From assembly GCA_011772475.1 (NCBI GenBank), contig WVZK01000044.1:14727-78726 (forward strand): a stretch of 64,000 nt of DNA. The letters run 5' to 3'. Shown piece after piece: positions 43,986 to 52,639 of the stretch. Within the stretch, counting starts at the first letter, position 1, and each line of letters begins with the position of its first letter. The position numbers were made by a program, and so were the translations under genes. This stretch comes from Candidatus Aminicenantes bacterium (lineage in GTDB: Bacteria > Acidobacteriota > Aminicenantia > Aminicenantales > Aminicenantaceae). Under the pieces are notes generated by a model that searched no databases, had not been told where the DNA came from, and worked only from the letters and a program-made list of their open reading frames with translations.

Positions 43986-45179
43986 ATGGAAGAAATCGCT
44001 CACCAATTAGCACCAATCCTTGAACAGATAACCGGATATATCTATCCGAATGAGATCGAATTGCACTGGCGTATCCTCATCGTTGTCTACCCTTATATTA
44101 CGGGACTCGTTGCTGGTGCCTTCATCCTCGCTTCGCTGGTAAAAGTATTCAATGTTAGAGAGGTTCAGCCGACCTATCGTCTTTCTCTTCTTACAGCTCT
44201 TGCCTTTTTAATAGTGGCCCCTTTGCCGCTTTTGGCGCATATCGGACACCCTGAAAAATCCCTGGAGATATTCCTGACCCCAAATTTTAGCTCTGCCATG
44301 GCAATGTTTGGATTCATATACGCCTGGTACCTCATGGCAGTTTTATTGCTTGAAATATGGTTTGACTACAGAAGAGACCTCATCATCTGGGCTAAGAATG
44401 AGAAGGGATTGATGAAGTGGATACACAGGATATTCACCTTGTTTTCCACAGACACTTCAGAAAGAGCAGTGCGCTTTGATAAAAGATCAATAAAAGCCAT
44501 AACAATAGTTGGAATTCCTTCCGCCTTTCTACTGCATGGATATGTGGGATTTATCTTTGGTTCTGTGAAGGCCAATCCCTGGTGGTCAAGCGTGCTCATG
44601 CCAATTGTGTTTCTTTTTTCGGCGATTGTATCAGGAATTGCCCTGGTATTACTCATCTACATGGTAGTGACTCTGGTGCGAGGAAAAGAGATAAATATGG
44701 CCTGTCTGGATAAACTCGCAGGCTATTTGTTTTATACGATGATTATTGATTTCTCCCTCGAAGCTTTAGATTTCATTCACCGATTGTATGAGTCAGAGGA
44801 ATCCATAGAAATACTCTCCCAGCTGATCTCAGGAAGATTATTTGTGAGCCTTATCGTTATCCAGCTCCTTCTTGGAATGATATTGCCTCTAGCCGGGCTT
44901 TCTTCAGTCAAATTATTCCGGGTGCCAGCCGAATTAAGAAGGCATATCTACTTTGTCTCAGCTTTACTTGTTCAAGTTGGTATTTTTACGACTAGATGGA
45001 ATGTCGTTATTGGAGGACAATTGTTCTCTAAAAGCTTTAGAGGTCTTACGGCTTATAAGATGTCTCTGGGCGGGGTAGAGGGACTACTCGTATCTTTGGG
45101 TTTTCTTATCCTTCCTTTCATAGTTCTGTATATTCTCGTTAAAATTTTCCCCCCTTGGCAAGAAGCCAAACAGCCCTGA
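43986..45179 (+). CDS. NrfD/PsrC-family integral membrane quinone-interacting subunit
   Basis: 397 aa, about 8-9 TM helices. HWRILIVVYPYITGLVAGAFILASL is the typical NrfD-family first helix. Confidence 0.82.
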   Translation: MEEIAHQLAPILEQITGYIYPNEIELHWRILIVVYPYITGLVAGAFILASLVKVFNVREVQPTYRLSLLTALAFLIVAPLPLLAHIGHPEKSLEIFLTPNFSSAMAMFGFIYAWYLMAVLLLEIWFDYRRDLIIWAKNEKGLMKWIHRIFTLFSTDTSERAVRFDKRSIKAITIVGIPSAFLLHGYVGFIFGSVKANPWWSSVLMPIVFLFSAIVSGIALVLLIYMVVTLVRGKEINMACLDKLAGYLFYTMIIDFSLEALDFIHRLYESEESIEILSQLISGRLFVSLIVIQLLLGMILPLAGLSSVKLFRVPAELRRHIYFVSALLVQVGIFTTRWNVVIGGQLFSKSFRGLTAYKMSLGGVEGLLVSLGFLILPFIVLYILVKIFPPWQEAKQP

Positions 45180-45302
45180 GTCTTAGACTTAGGAAGAACA
45201 GGTTTCGCTTTTGGTCATCATTTCTACAGGATTTTCTATAAGATAGAAAGGGCCAATTTTTCTGATGGATCTGAAAGTAATTTGTCTTTTGAAAAATCGA
45301 TC

Positions 45303-46121
45303 TTAGGCATAGCTGTGCAGGCCAGCCAGAAGATAATTCACGCCGAAATAGGTGAAGAGAGCAGCTAAGAAGCCAAGGACGGCAATATAGGCAGATCTGC
45401 GTCCTTTCCAGCCCATTACGATCCGGGTATGGAGGTAGAGAGCAAAGACAAACCAGGTTATCAGACTCCAAACTTCTTTGGGGTCCCAGCTCCAGTAGCT
45501 TCCCCAAGCGTAATAAGCCCATATCATGCCAAAAACGAGGCCCCCTAGAGTAAAGAGTGGAAAGCCGATGGCGATACATCTGTAGCTGATAGAATCGAGT
45601 TTTTCTGACGATATTCCCGTTTTCTTGGCCTTGCCTTTTTTTTCTTTTGAATCAGCCACTAAATACATGATGCTGGTGACAAAAGCCAAGGCAAAGAAAG
45701 CTTCGCCGAGGAGTGTGACCGAGACATGGAGCCAGAGCCAATAACTCTGGAGGGCAGGAACCAGGGGGGTTGCCTCTTTTGGCATCAACGGAGAAGAAGC
45801 TAAAGCCATGATGGCTATAACGACCAGCATAAAAAGGGCTCCTGCTTTTCGAATCTTGAATTTCCACTCGATAATGACATAGGCGAGAATAGCACTCCAT
45901 GCAAGGAAGGAAAGAGATTCATACATATTGGTGAAAGGTGCATGTCCGCTTTCCACAGTTCTCATAATAAGGGCAGCAGTATGGAGAAGCAGCCCGATGA
46001 ACGCTATGCTAAAGCCTGTTTTGGCCAGATTTTCTTTTTTTGAAAAGAAGTAAGAGAAGTAGAAAAACGCTGCTAAGAAATAGAATATGAAGGTTACGAG
46101 AAATAGGGTTGATTCGCTCAT
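45303..46121 (-). CDS. ccsA: System II cytochrome c biogenesis heme-handling protein CcsA/ResC
   Basis: 272 aa and polytopic. WWD (tryptophan-rich) motif WGSYWSWDPKEVWSLITW and conserved His residues. Confidence 0.9.
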   Translation of the reverse strand: MSESTLFLVTFIFYFLAAFFYFSYFFSKKENLAKTGFSIAFIGLLLHTAALIMRTVESGHAPFTNMYESLSFLAWSAILAYVIIEWKFKIRKAGALFMLVVIAIMALASSPLMPKEATPLVPALQSYWLWLHVSVTLLGEAFFALAFVTSIMYLVADSKEKKGKAKKTGISSEKLDSISYRCIAIGFPLFTLGGLVFGMIWAYYAWGSYWSWDPKEVWSLITWFVFALYLHTRIVMGWKGRRSAYIAVLGFLAALFTYFGVNYLLAGLHSYA

Positions 46122-47470
46122 TTTGATCTCCTTAGGGAAGTCATGATTTTCTCGAATTCAGATTGAAAGGCATCCCGGTTTTTGGAAGCGATTCCTCCTG
46201 CAGTGACTTCTGTTTTCCCGTGGCTCTCTTCCAGAATAACTTTAACCTCTCGAATAGGCCAGTAAAAAGCCAGGGCAAGTCCTAACATTAAAAAGCCGCA
46301 TCCAATCCAAATAATGTTAACTCCTGGGTCTTTAGATGCCTGGATGACAGAGAATTGACTGGACTTGAAATCACGAAGTTCTAGAGTCAAATCCATTTCC
46401 TTTTCTGAGTGAATACGGGCAAAATCGGGAAATTTGGCAAAGATCCAGCCTGAAAAAATTCTCTGTTCGTCTTGCCATCCTTCTATGAAAGCGGCTGGAT
46501 TGTTAGGTTCATTCGAGCGGGATGTAATCTCATTTTTATCGTTAATAATGAAGTCAGGTAGAAAATGGAGGGCAATAAGTTGAATATCATCGTCCCCAAG
46601 ACTGACTCTCTGCCCAACTTTGAACTCTAATTTCCTCAAGAATGATGGGTCCTTTCTTTTTTTAACCCAGATTTCCAAAGAAGGACTTTCCCAGTCCCAG
46701 CCATAGCCACTCTGGTAAAACGCGAAACCTTGGTAGGCCAGGGGATGGTTAACCTCGACAATTTTGCTGAGCTGAGGTTTCTCATTTTCGAGGACTGTTA
46801 GGGTGCTCTTCCAGTCTCTAACCCTTCCATCAGGATAGAATTCAGTTTCGAACTTATCCAGTCTTACCTGAAAGTCGGCCTTGGGGACCGGGAGAACTTG
46901 TCCTTCAAAAAGAGTCAAGTCCGCTTTGAATCCTCCCAGACCGCTGATGATTCCCCCTGCGAGTATGATGAGAAGGCCGAGATGGACAATATCTGACCCA
47001 AACAATCCCAGAGTCTTCTTTCGAGCCAGCAGGAAGCTTCTAGCTTCCTTTTTTTCCTCTTTCAGACGATAATGCCTGGCGGAGAACTCCCTTCCCAACT
47101 CTTCTCTAGTCCTGGCCAAATTCCAGTTTTTCCTGAATTTCTCCCTGATTTTTAAGGAATTGATGTTTTTTGTCTCGAATCGAAGCCTTGGCTGAAAAAC
47201 TCTTTTAAATTTCGGAGAAAGTCGATTCAAGGTACAGATGATGATATTTAAAGAAAAAAGGAAAAGAAGGCCATTGTACCACCAGGAATGGTAGAGGTTT
47301 GTGAACTGGAGGCGGATGAGAAGGCCGGCCAGCTGACCATAGCGAACAGCATATTCGGCAGCACTCCTTTGTTGAGGAATCAAGGTGCCCAGGATAGAGG
47401 CGCAAGTGATGATGATCAACAACACTATGGCTAATTTTACAGAGCTAAAAAATTTAATTAAAGATTTCAT
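46118..47470 (-). CDS. ccsB: System II cytochrome c biogenesis protein CcsB/ResB
   Basis: 450 aa. N-terminus FFSSVKLAIVLLIIITCASILGTLIPQ, a large periplasmic loop and a C-terminal TM. There is a 4-nt overlap with ccsA. Confidence 0.85.
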   Translation of the reverse strand: MKSLIKFFSSVKLAIVLLIIITCASILGTLIPQQRSAAEYAVRYGQLAGLLIRLQFTNLYHSWWYNGLLFLFSLNIIICTLNRLSPKFKRVFQPRLRFETKNINSLKIREKFRKNWNLARTREELGREFSARHYRLKEEKKEARSFLLARKKTLGLFGSDIVHLGLLIILAGGIISGLGGFKADLTLFEGQVLPVPKADFQVRLDKFETEFYPDGRVRDWKSTLTVLENEKPQLSKIVEVNHPLAYQGFAFYQSGYGWDWESPSLEIWVKKRKDPSFLRKLEFKVGQRVSLGDDDIQLIALHFLPDFIINDKNEITSRSNEPNNPAAFIEGWQDEQRIFSGWIFAKFPDFARIHSEKEMDLTLELRDFKSSQFSVIQASKDPGVNIIWIGCGFLMLGLALAFYWPIREVKVILEESHGKTEVTAGGIASKNRDAFQSEFEKIMTSLRRSK

Positions 47471-47490
47471 CTAAATACTAATCCTTAGGT

Positions 47491-48786
47491 CTAAATTCTT
47501 CCAGATAATAATGAATTCATCTCGTTATTGTTACTGTATCTAATGTTGTTCTGCTGATGGTTTTTACGCATCTCTTTGGCCGTGGCCTTGATCACACCCA
47601 AGGAACGCTGCATCTCACTCCATCCGTACCAGAGAGCATAATCAGGATTAGCGTGGAATGTTCCCTGGAAAGTTCTCATCCGGTGTTCTAGAAACATGAC
47701 AAACAGTTCTTGTTCGATGGCTGTGGGAGCATCATGGAAGGTCAGCAAGTCAGGGAAAGGATAGGAATAGTTTTCGGGTTTGGTGAGGAGACCATCCTTG
47801 TATAATCCGGCTACTATGCGTATAGCTTCTGCCATGAGGTAGTCTGCTTCTTTGATCATCTGATCACCCTTATCCAGCTCATTCTTAGCAAAATTCAGAG
47901 AATGGCATTGATTACATGTCTTGAGCATCTTATCTCGTTCTTGTTGCCAGTCTTCCTGGGTAAGCCTGGCGAGATCTGCTGCCTTGACGATATCGAGCCT
48001 TGCAGTAGGATTACCCTCTGGATCCAGGACTCCAAGACCTTGAAGGATTGTTACTCGGTCAGCAGTCCATTGCTCATCTTCTGGCATAGGAAGCCTGACC
48101 GCTAGGAATCCCCAGGCAGTTCTCACAGCATGATTCCCTTTTTCCATATGACAGGTCTGGCAGGTTGGTGCGGCCACTGTTTCTGGAAGCGTCTTGTTCT
48201 GCTTCAATAAATATCGAACGCCATGTTTAGAGCCTGAATACATCTCCCATTGAGGATGGTCGAAACCCATATGGCAGGTCTGACAGGCTTGAGGCTGCTT
48301 AGCTTCCTTCACCGAGAAGATATGACGGGTATGGCAGGCATCACAGGAGGCAACTCCGAAACCTGCCCCATCTTTTTTCAGTTCTGTTATCTCTTCTTTG
48401 GTCTTCAACCCGATCTTATGGCATCCTCCACATCCTTTCATTCCTTCCATCATAGCCATTGGCTGCCAGTGGGCGGTGGGCATAGCTTTCATAGCTGCCC
48501 AGGCGAAGGCATGCTTGCCTTTCTTGAATTGGGCTACTTTCTCATCATGACATTCAGCGCAGGTCTCAGGCGTAGGAATCTGCACTTTGGCCACATCATA
48601 GGAGTCTTTATGAGCTTCTCCGTGGCAGACTGAACAGTCAACTTCATTCTGGCTGTGCTTGCTCAATTGCCAGTCGGTAACGATATTAGGAGTAACATCC
48701 TTGTGACACTTCACACACTCCTGGGCGAATGCTCCTGTACAGAAAGCAATGCTTAAAAGGATAACAGCCATAGTTTTGTGATTCAA
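47491..48786 (-). CDS. octaheme cytochrome c of the hydroxylamine oxidoreductase (HAO) family
   Basis: 431 aa. The TTG start at 48786 is 6 nt after AGGAGGTGA. Signal peptide present. Motifs are CVKCH, CSVCH, CAECH, CGGCH, CDACH, CQTCH, CQTCH, CNQCH. CQTCHMGFDHPQWEMYSGSKHG and FHANPDYALWYGW are HAO-family signatures. Confidence 0.85.
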   Translation of the reverse strand: MNHKTMAVILLSIAFCTGAFAQECVKCHKDVTPNIVTDWQLSKHSQNEVDCSVCHGEAHKDSYDVAKVQIPTPETCAECHDEKVAQFKKGKHAFAWAAMKAMPTAHWQPMAMMEGMKGCGGCHKIGLKTKEEITELKKDGAGFGVASCDACHTRHIFSVKEAKQPQACQTCHMGFDHPQWEMYSGSKHGVRYLLKQNKTLPETVAAPTCQTCHMEKGNHAVRTAWGFLAVRLPMPEDEQWTADRVTILQGLGVLDPEGNPTARLDIVKAADLARLTQEDWQQERDKMLKTCNQCHSLNFAKNELDKGDQMIKEADYLMAEAIRIVAGLYKDGLLTKPENYSYPFPDLLTFHDAPTAIEQELFVMFLEHRMRTFQGTFHANPDYALWYGWSEMQRSLGVIKATAKEMRKNHQQNNIRYSNNNEMNSLLSGRI

Positions 48787-49057
48787 GGCTCACCTCCTTT
48801 TAAATTTATTCGAAAACCTTCTAATTTTTCTACCCCTGCTTGGCTTAAAACATATATCATTGTTGCCATAAATTGTCAAAGCTAAACTCGTGCTCTAAAT
48901 TCTTATGATTTTACAAATTAATAGATACTAATAATATAGAATTAGTAGATTTTTTTCAATAGAAATAGTCTATGAATTTCTCTATGAATGTTTATTCGAG
49001 TTTTTGGTCTTTTTGGCGACAATTTTGATGGATGGCTTCTTCTCTATTCAGGAGGTG

Positions 49058-49095
49058 AGGAAAAAAGAGAGAAGCAGTTAACTTCTCTCTTTTCT
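49058..49095 (-). terminator. Rho-independent terminator after the MtrB-like gene (hairpin readable on both strands)
   Basis: AGAGAGAAG (49066-49074) pairs with CTTCTCTCT (49082-49090) across a 7-nt loop. It is flanked by an A-run (49061-49065) and TTTCT. On the minus strand the hairpin is followed by TTTTTCC. Confidence 0.7.
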
Positions 49096-49139
49096 AAAAA
49101 ATTTATGAGTTGTCTTGTTTCTCTCTACTTCTTATCTTA

Positions 49140-51254
49140 TCAGAATCTGTAGCCAAACCCAAAATAGAGAATGTGGTAATGTCCTGAGTCCTCATATCCT
49201 CCTGTAGCATGGATGACAAAGGCTTTATCTTTATAGTCTTCGTACTTCCATTTTCCAAACACCGAGACATTCTTCATGAGAAAATAGTCAGCTCCTGCCG
49301 AAATCCTGTAATGGGCAATATCCTGGTCACTGAGATCGGCCAGACCTGATGTGTCCTCTTCTATACCCTCAATTCCAGTTGAAACCCAATCTGATTTTCC
49401 TATAGTCATTGAAAAGTCACCGAATATGGAGAAATTGTCAGAGAGTCTGTAATCAAGAGCTACCAAGAAAACATTCACATTTTTGTTGTAAGGAACATCT
49501 TTATCTTCTCGGGCTATCCTTTGGCCTTGGTACTCGTATTGTGTCCCGTAGATGAGGCTGTTCACGATCTTCTCGTTTAGGTAAGTGTAGGCCGCAGTGA
49601 TTGAAACTTTGTTTGTCAGAGCATACCATAAACTAAAAACAATGTTATGTCTTTTTTGAGACGAGTCTATCTGGTCGTTTTTGCCTGAATTATAGAAGTA
49701 GTTCGCAGTGAGAGCAAATCTGTTAGCCGGGATTACCGAAACGCCTGCTGAGACTAGATGAATATCAGTGTACAAGCTGGTCATGAAACGTTCCGTGGTA
49801 GGATCAACAGGATTTTCTTCAGCCGAGTGGGGCACACCAAGGGGATTTTCTATGCTTTTTCCTTTGTAACGGAGAAAACCCTTTATTTTTGGAGAGGGAT
49901 AGAAAGTAACTCCCACACGATAAGTGGTGGTTTTCATCTCCTCGAGGTACTTATCCATGAGGTCTTTTTCTTCTTCTTCTACTTCTGAAGCCCAACTAAA
50001 ATTCCTTTTCAGGCTGTTGTAGTCTAATCCGGCTCTTAGGTGGATTTTCTGCTTGGGAATCCTGTAGGAAGCATCAGCCCCTATAGCGTATCCATCTGTG
50101 GATAAGTGGTTGGCCACAAGGGTACTTGTGTCAAAAGCATAGTCAGGATCTAGGTTGTTTTCATACTTGTTGTTTCCATATCTCAGCGTGAGGTTAAAGC
50201 CTTTACCCAAGAGGGCTCGAAACCGGGAGAGAAAATTCTTGATATCAGCTTCTCCGTTGTTATTCTTGTTCTTGACTTTGGCAATTGTGTAGCTTCCAAA
50301 GAGTGAAGCATTCTTTACCGCATCAACTTTAGCTTTGAGAGTATCAGCATTCTTCTCAGAATCCGGAATATGGGCAAATTCTTGAGTTCCTTCGAAAGGG
50401 AAACTGCCGTAAGGATTTGTATACTCATGGTATAAAGGGTTGGCTTTATTTTCAAAGCTCCGCCCCAGGTGAGAGTAACTTAAGGCTACACCCTTGGTTT
50501 TGAACTCAGCTCCTATGATGAAATCCCTGGTTCTCTGATCGATGGCTTGAGTTTGGGCCTCGATATGGCACACTGTGCACATCTCGAAGGTTCTTGCCTG
50601 TTGGGAACCATTTTCATGGACATATCTGACTTGGGATTTAATTTTTAAGTTGGGGATCGAGGGGATAACGAGATCTGTTTTGTTGATTATTTCGGTTCGG
50701 GTTGTAGAATAGACATCGTCAGGATTGCTGTCTACAAAAGGGAATTCATGTTGAGCCTCGGGATCTGGATCCACATTCGTTAAGGGGTCATGATCCAGGC
50801 GGTGGATGAATCGACTAGATTGGAATTCAGTTCTTACGATTCTTCCTATGTCAAGCCCAGCGTAATAGGCCTGTTCATCCTTGTGGTAGGACTTGCCCGA
50901 GAGGTTGAACAAGCTATTATCTCCCAAGAATCCCTTCAGTCCAAAACCAGCTCCAGCAGAGGAACCAACAGTGGAAAACTCTGCTGCTCTTCCGCCAGAA
51001 AGCCCTGAGACATTTAACGGCAAGTCGCTTTCATCAGTCAATAGAAATCTTTGGAAGACGGAGACGTGTCCTGAAATATCAGTTTTTGTCTCTTTGGCTG
51101 CTCCTTCTGGAGCTAAGGCAAAGCTCTTGAGCGCGGATTTGACCAATTCGCTCGGTGAGTGGACTGGATTATCGTTCTTTTTTGATTCAGCAAAGCTCGA
51201 AGAGAGGCTGATTATGCCGATGATGGCTACGATTACGATTATTTTTTTTCTCAT
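49140..51254 (-). CDS. MtrB/PioB-like large outer-membrane beta-barrel (porin partner of the decaheme cytochrome), containing one CXXCH
   Basis: 704 aa with a signal peptide. It has long alternating-strand architecture and a C-terminal aromatic (FGFGYRF). Its size matches MtrB/PioB/MtoB, and it lies 9 nt downstream of the decaheme gene. CTVCH is at residues 226-230 (50579-50565). Confidence 0.65.
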   Translation of the reverse strand: MRKKIIVIVAIIGIISLSSSFAESKKNDNPVHSPSELVKSALKSFALAPEGAAKETKTDISGHVSVFQRFLLTDESDLPLNVSGLSGGRAAEFSTVGSSAGAGFGLKGFLGDNSLFNLSGKSYHKDEQAYYAGLDIGRIVRTEFQSSRFIHRLDHDPLTNVDPDPEAQHEFPFVDSNPDDVYSTTRTEIINKTDLVIPSIPNLKIKSQVRYVHENGSQQARTFEMCTVCHIEAQTQAIDQRTRDFIIGAEFKTKGVALSYSHLGRSFENKANPLYHEYTNPYGSFPFEGTQEFAHIPDSEKNADTLKAKVDAVKNASLFGSYTIAKVKNKNNNGEADIKNFLSRFRALLGKGFNLTLRYGNNKYENNLDPDYAFDTSTLVANHLSTDGYAIGADASYRIPKQKIHLRAGLDYNSLKRNFSWASEVEEEEKDLMDKYLEEMKTTTYRVGVTFYPSPKIKGFLRYKGKSIENPLGVPHSAEENPVDPTTERFMTSLYTDIHLVSAGVSVIPANRFALTANYFYNSGKNDQIDSSQKRHNIVFSLWYALTNKVSITAAYTYLNEKIVNSLIYGTQYEYQGQRIAREDKDVPYNKNVNVFLVALDYRLSDNFSIFGDFSMTIGKSDWVSTGIEGIEEDTSGLADLSDQDIAHYRISAGADYFLMKNVSVFGKWKYEDYKDKAFVIHATGGYEDSGHYHILYFGFGYRF

Positions 51255-51263
51255 CTTGGTCTC

Positions 51264-52166
51264 CTATCTCATGAATCTTCCGGCGCCTGATAACGACGGA
51301 TTGTCGCTCCCGTGAATCTGGGAATGACAGTGAGTGCACCTGGTAAAGAAGCTGACGTTCCATGTTTGAAGACTCAGAGCGGGATGGCGTCGATCTTCAT
51401 GGCTAGTGTGGCACTGCATGCAGAGGAATGGTTCAGTCTGACGCTGGAGATGGTTGGCGATGCTTCCGTGCGAGTCGTGGCAAATAGCGCAGCTTTCAAC
51501 AACAGGAGCGTGCTCAAAAGTGAAGGGTCCCTGTTTTTCAGCATGACAGCTGAGACAGAGCTCGTTAAGAGTTTCAGCTTTGATGTTTCTTTCTCCTCCC
51601 CCGTGAGAATCATGGCAGGAAGAGCAGTTCATTTTTTTCTCGCGAATGGGGTGATGCGAGGGAAAATTTATTTGAGCTCTCTTGTCAGCGTGGCACTTGA
51701 AGCAGAGGTCAGGATCGTTCTTGGCTAATTGATTCTTGGCAGCGGTGTGAGAGCGATGACAGCTCGTGCAGGAGACACCGCTTATGTCATGGGAACTTCC
51801 AGGCCAGTTCATCTGCATTCCGCTTCGGTGACACTTCAGGCAAATCTCCCCAGCTTCGGTAGGGGAGAGTTCCTTCAGGCGGATAATCTTTTCCGGGTCT
51901 TCCTCTTCCACGTGCAGGCTTCCTGGACCATGGCAAGCTTCGCAGCCAGCGATTTTCCCCTTGAGTTCAAAATCAGCCAGTCTTCCGTGGATTGTTTTCT
52001 TGAAGGCTTCTCCGACTTCCTCATGACATTCCATACAGGTCTCTGAACCAACATATTCTCCTTCGGAAGCCGGCTCTACAGCGCAAAGAGAGGAATACAG
52101 GAAGAAAATACCAGTAAGAACAAAAGCGCAGGTGATGAGTCCAATCAGTAAACTGCTTTTTTTCAT
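51264..52166 (-). CDS. periplasmic decaheme cytochrome c, MtrA/DmsE/PioA/MtoA family-like
   Basis: The probable start is ATG 52166 (MKKSSLLIGLITCAF...) after AAGGAG; the listed ORF extends to 52244. There are 10 CXXCH motifs: CMECH, CEACH, CLKCH, CTSCH, CFKCH, CSSCH, CLSCH, CAICH, CMQCH, CTHCH. About 300 aa. The C-terminal CTHCHSQIHGSDNPS is typical of the family. Confidence 0.8.
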   Translation of the reverse strand: MKKSSLLIGLITCAFVLTGIFFLYSSLCAVEPASEGEYVGSETCMECHEEVGEAFKKTIHGRLADFELKGKIAGCEACHGPGSLHVEEEDPEKIIRLKELSPTEAGEICLKCHRSGMQMNWPGSSHDISGVSCTSCHRSHTAAKNQLAKNDPDLCFKCHADKRAQINFPSHHPIREKKMNCSSCHDSHGGGERNIKAETLNELCLSCHAEKQGPFTFEHAPVVESCAICHDSHGSIANHLQRQTEPFLCMQCHTSHEDRRHPALSLQTWNVSFFTRCTHCHSQIHGSDNPSLSGAGRFMR

Positions 52167-52261
52167 CTTCTTCTCCTTAGTGAAAATTTCCGATAAATTG
52201 AATGCACCAATACCTTGTTTTATTATTTTCTGTTTGATTCCCACCTCCTTTGTTCATTCTC

Positions 52262-52618
52262 TTAATCTAAAGCCTCTTTGACAAGCGTTTTCATCTGCTC
52301 AGCGTTGAAAGGTTTTTCGACGACTGAAAAGACGTTTAAAGTGCTCAATTGAGGCTCTATTTGGTATTTCGGGTGTGCCGATAAAATTACAATTTTCGTC
52401 GACGGCTGGATTTTATTGACTTCTTTTAACATATCAAGACCAATTTCTTCATCTATTTCTATGTCCGCAAAGATGAGATGATAAGCATCGTTTGAGGCCC
52501 GGCTCAAAGCATCCTTGGTCGTGGCCACAGTATCAACTTCGTATCCTTCTTGAGCGAATATTTCCCTTAAAGACCATCGAATAAGCTTGTCGTCATCAAC
52601 GACTAGAATTTTATACAT
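52262..52618 (-). CDS. single-domain response regulator (CheY-like receiver)
   Basis: 118 aa. KILVVDDD...FADIEI...ILSAHPK receiver pattern, with no output domain. Confidence 0.85.
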   Translation of the reverse strand: MYKILVVDDDKLIRWSLREIFAQEGYEVDTVATTKDALSRASNDAYHLIFADIEIDEEIGLDMLKEVNKIQPSTKIVILSAHPKYQIEPQLSTLNVFSVVEKPFNAEQMKTLVKEALD

Positions 52619-52639
52619 TTCAATCCACGGAAGAAGATA

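Noticed and set aside
45180-45302. Terminator between the convergent NrfD-like and ccsA genes (CCTGAGTC-TTA-GACTTAGG hairpin at about 45175-45193)
   Set aside because: It is an 8-bp stem with a 3-nt loop and no U-tract on either strand, which is not convincing as an intrinsic terminator.
48860-48885. Sigma-70 promoter for the HAO-like gene (minus strand TTGACA-17-TATATG)
   Set aside because: The -10 hexamer lacks the conserved final T and has two mismatches, which is too weak to list as a feature. A sigma-54-like TGGCAA nearby has no -12 GC.
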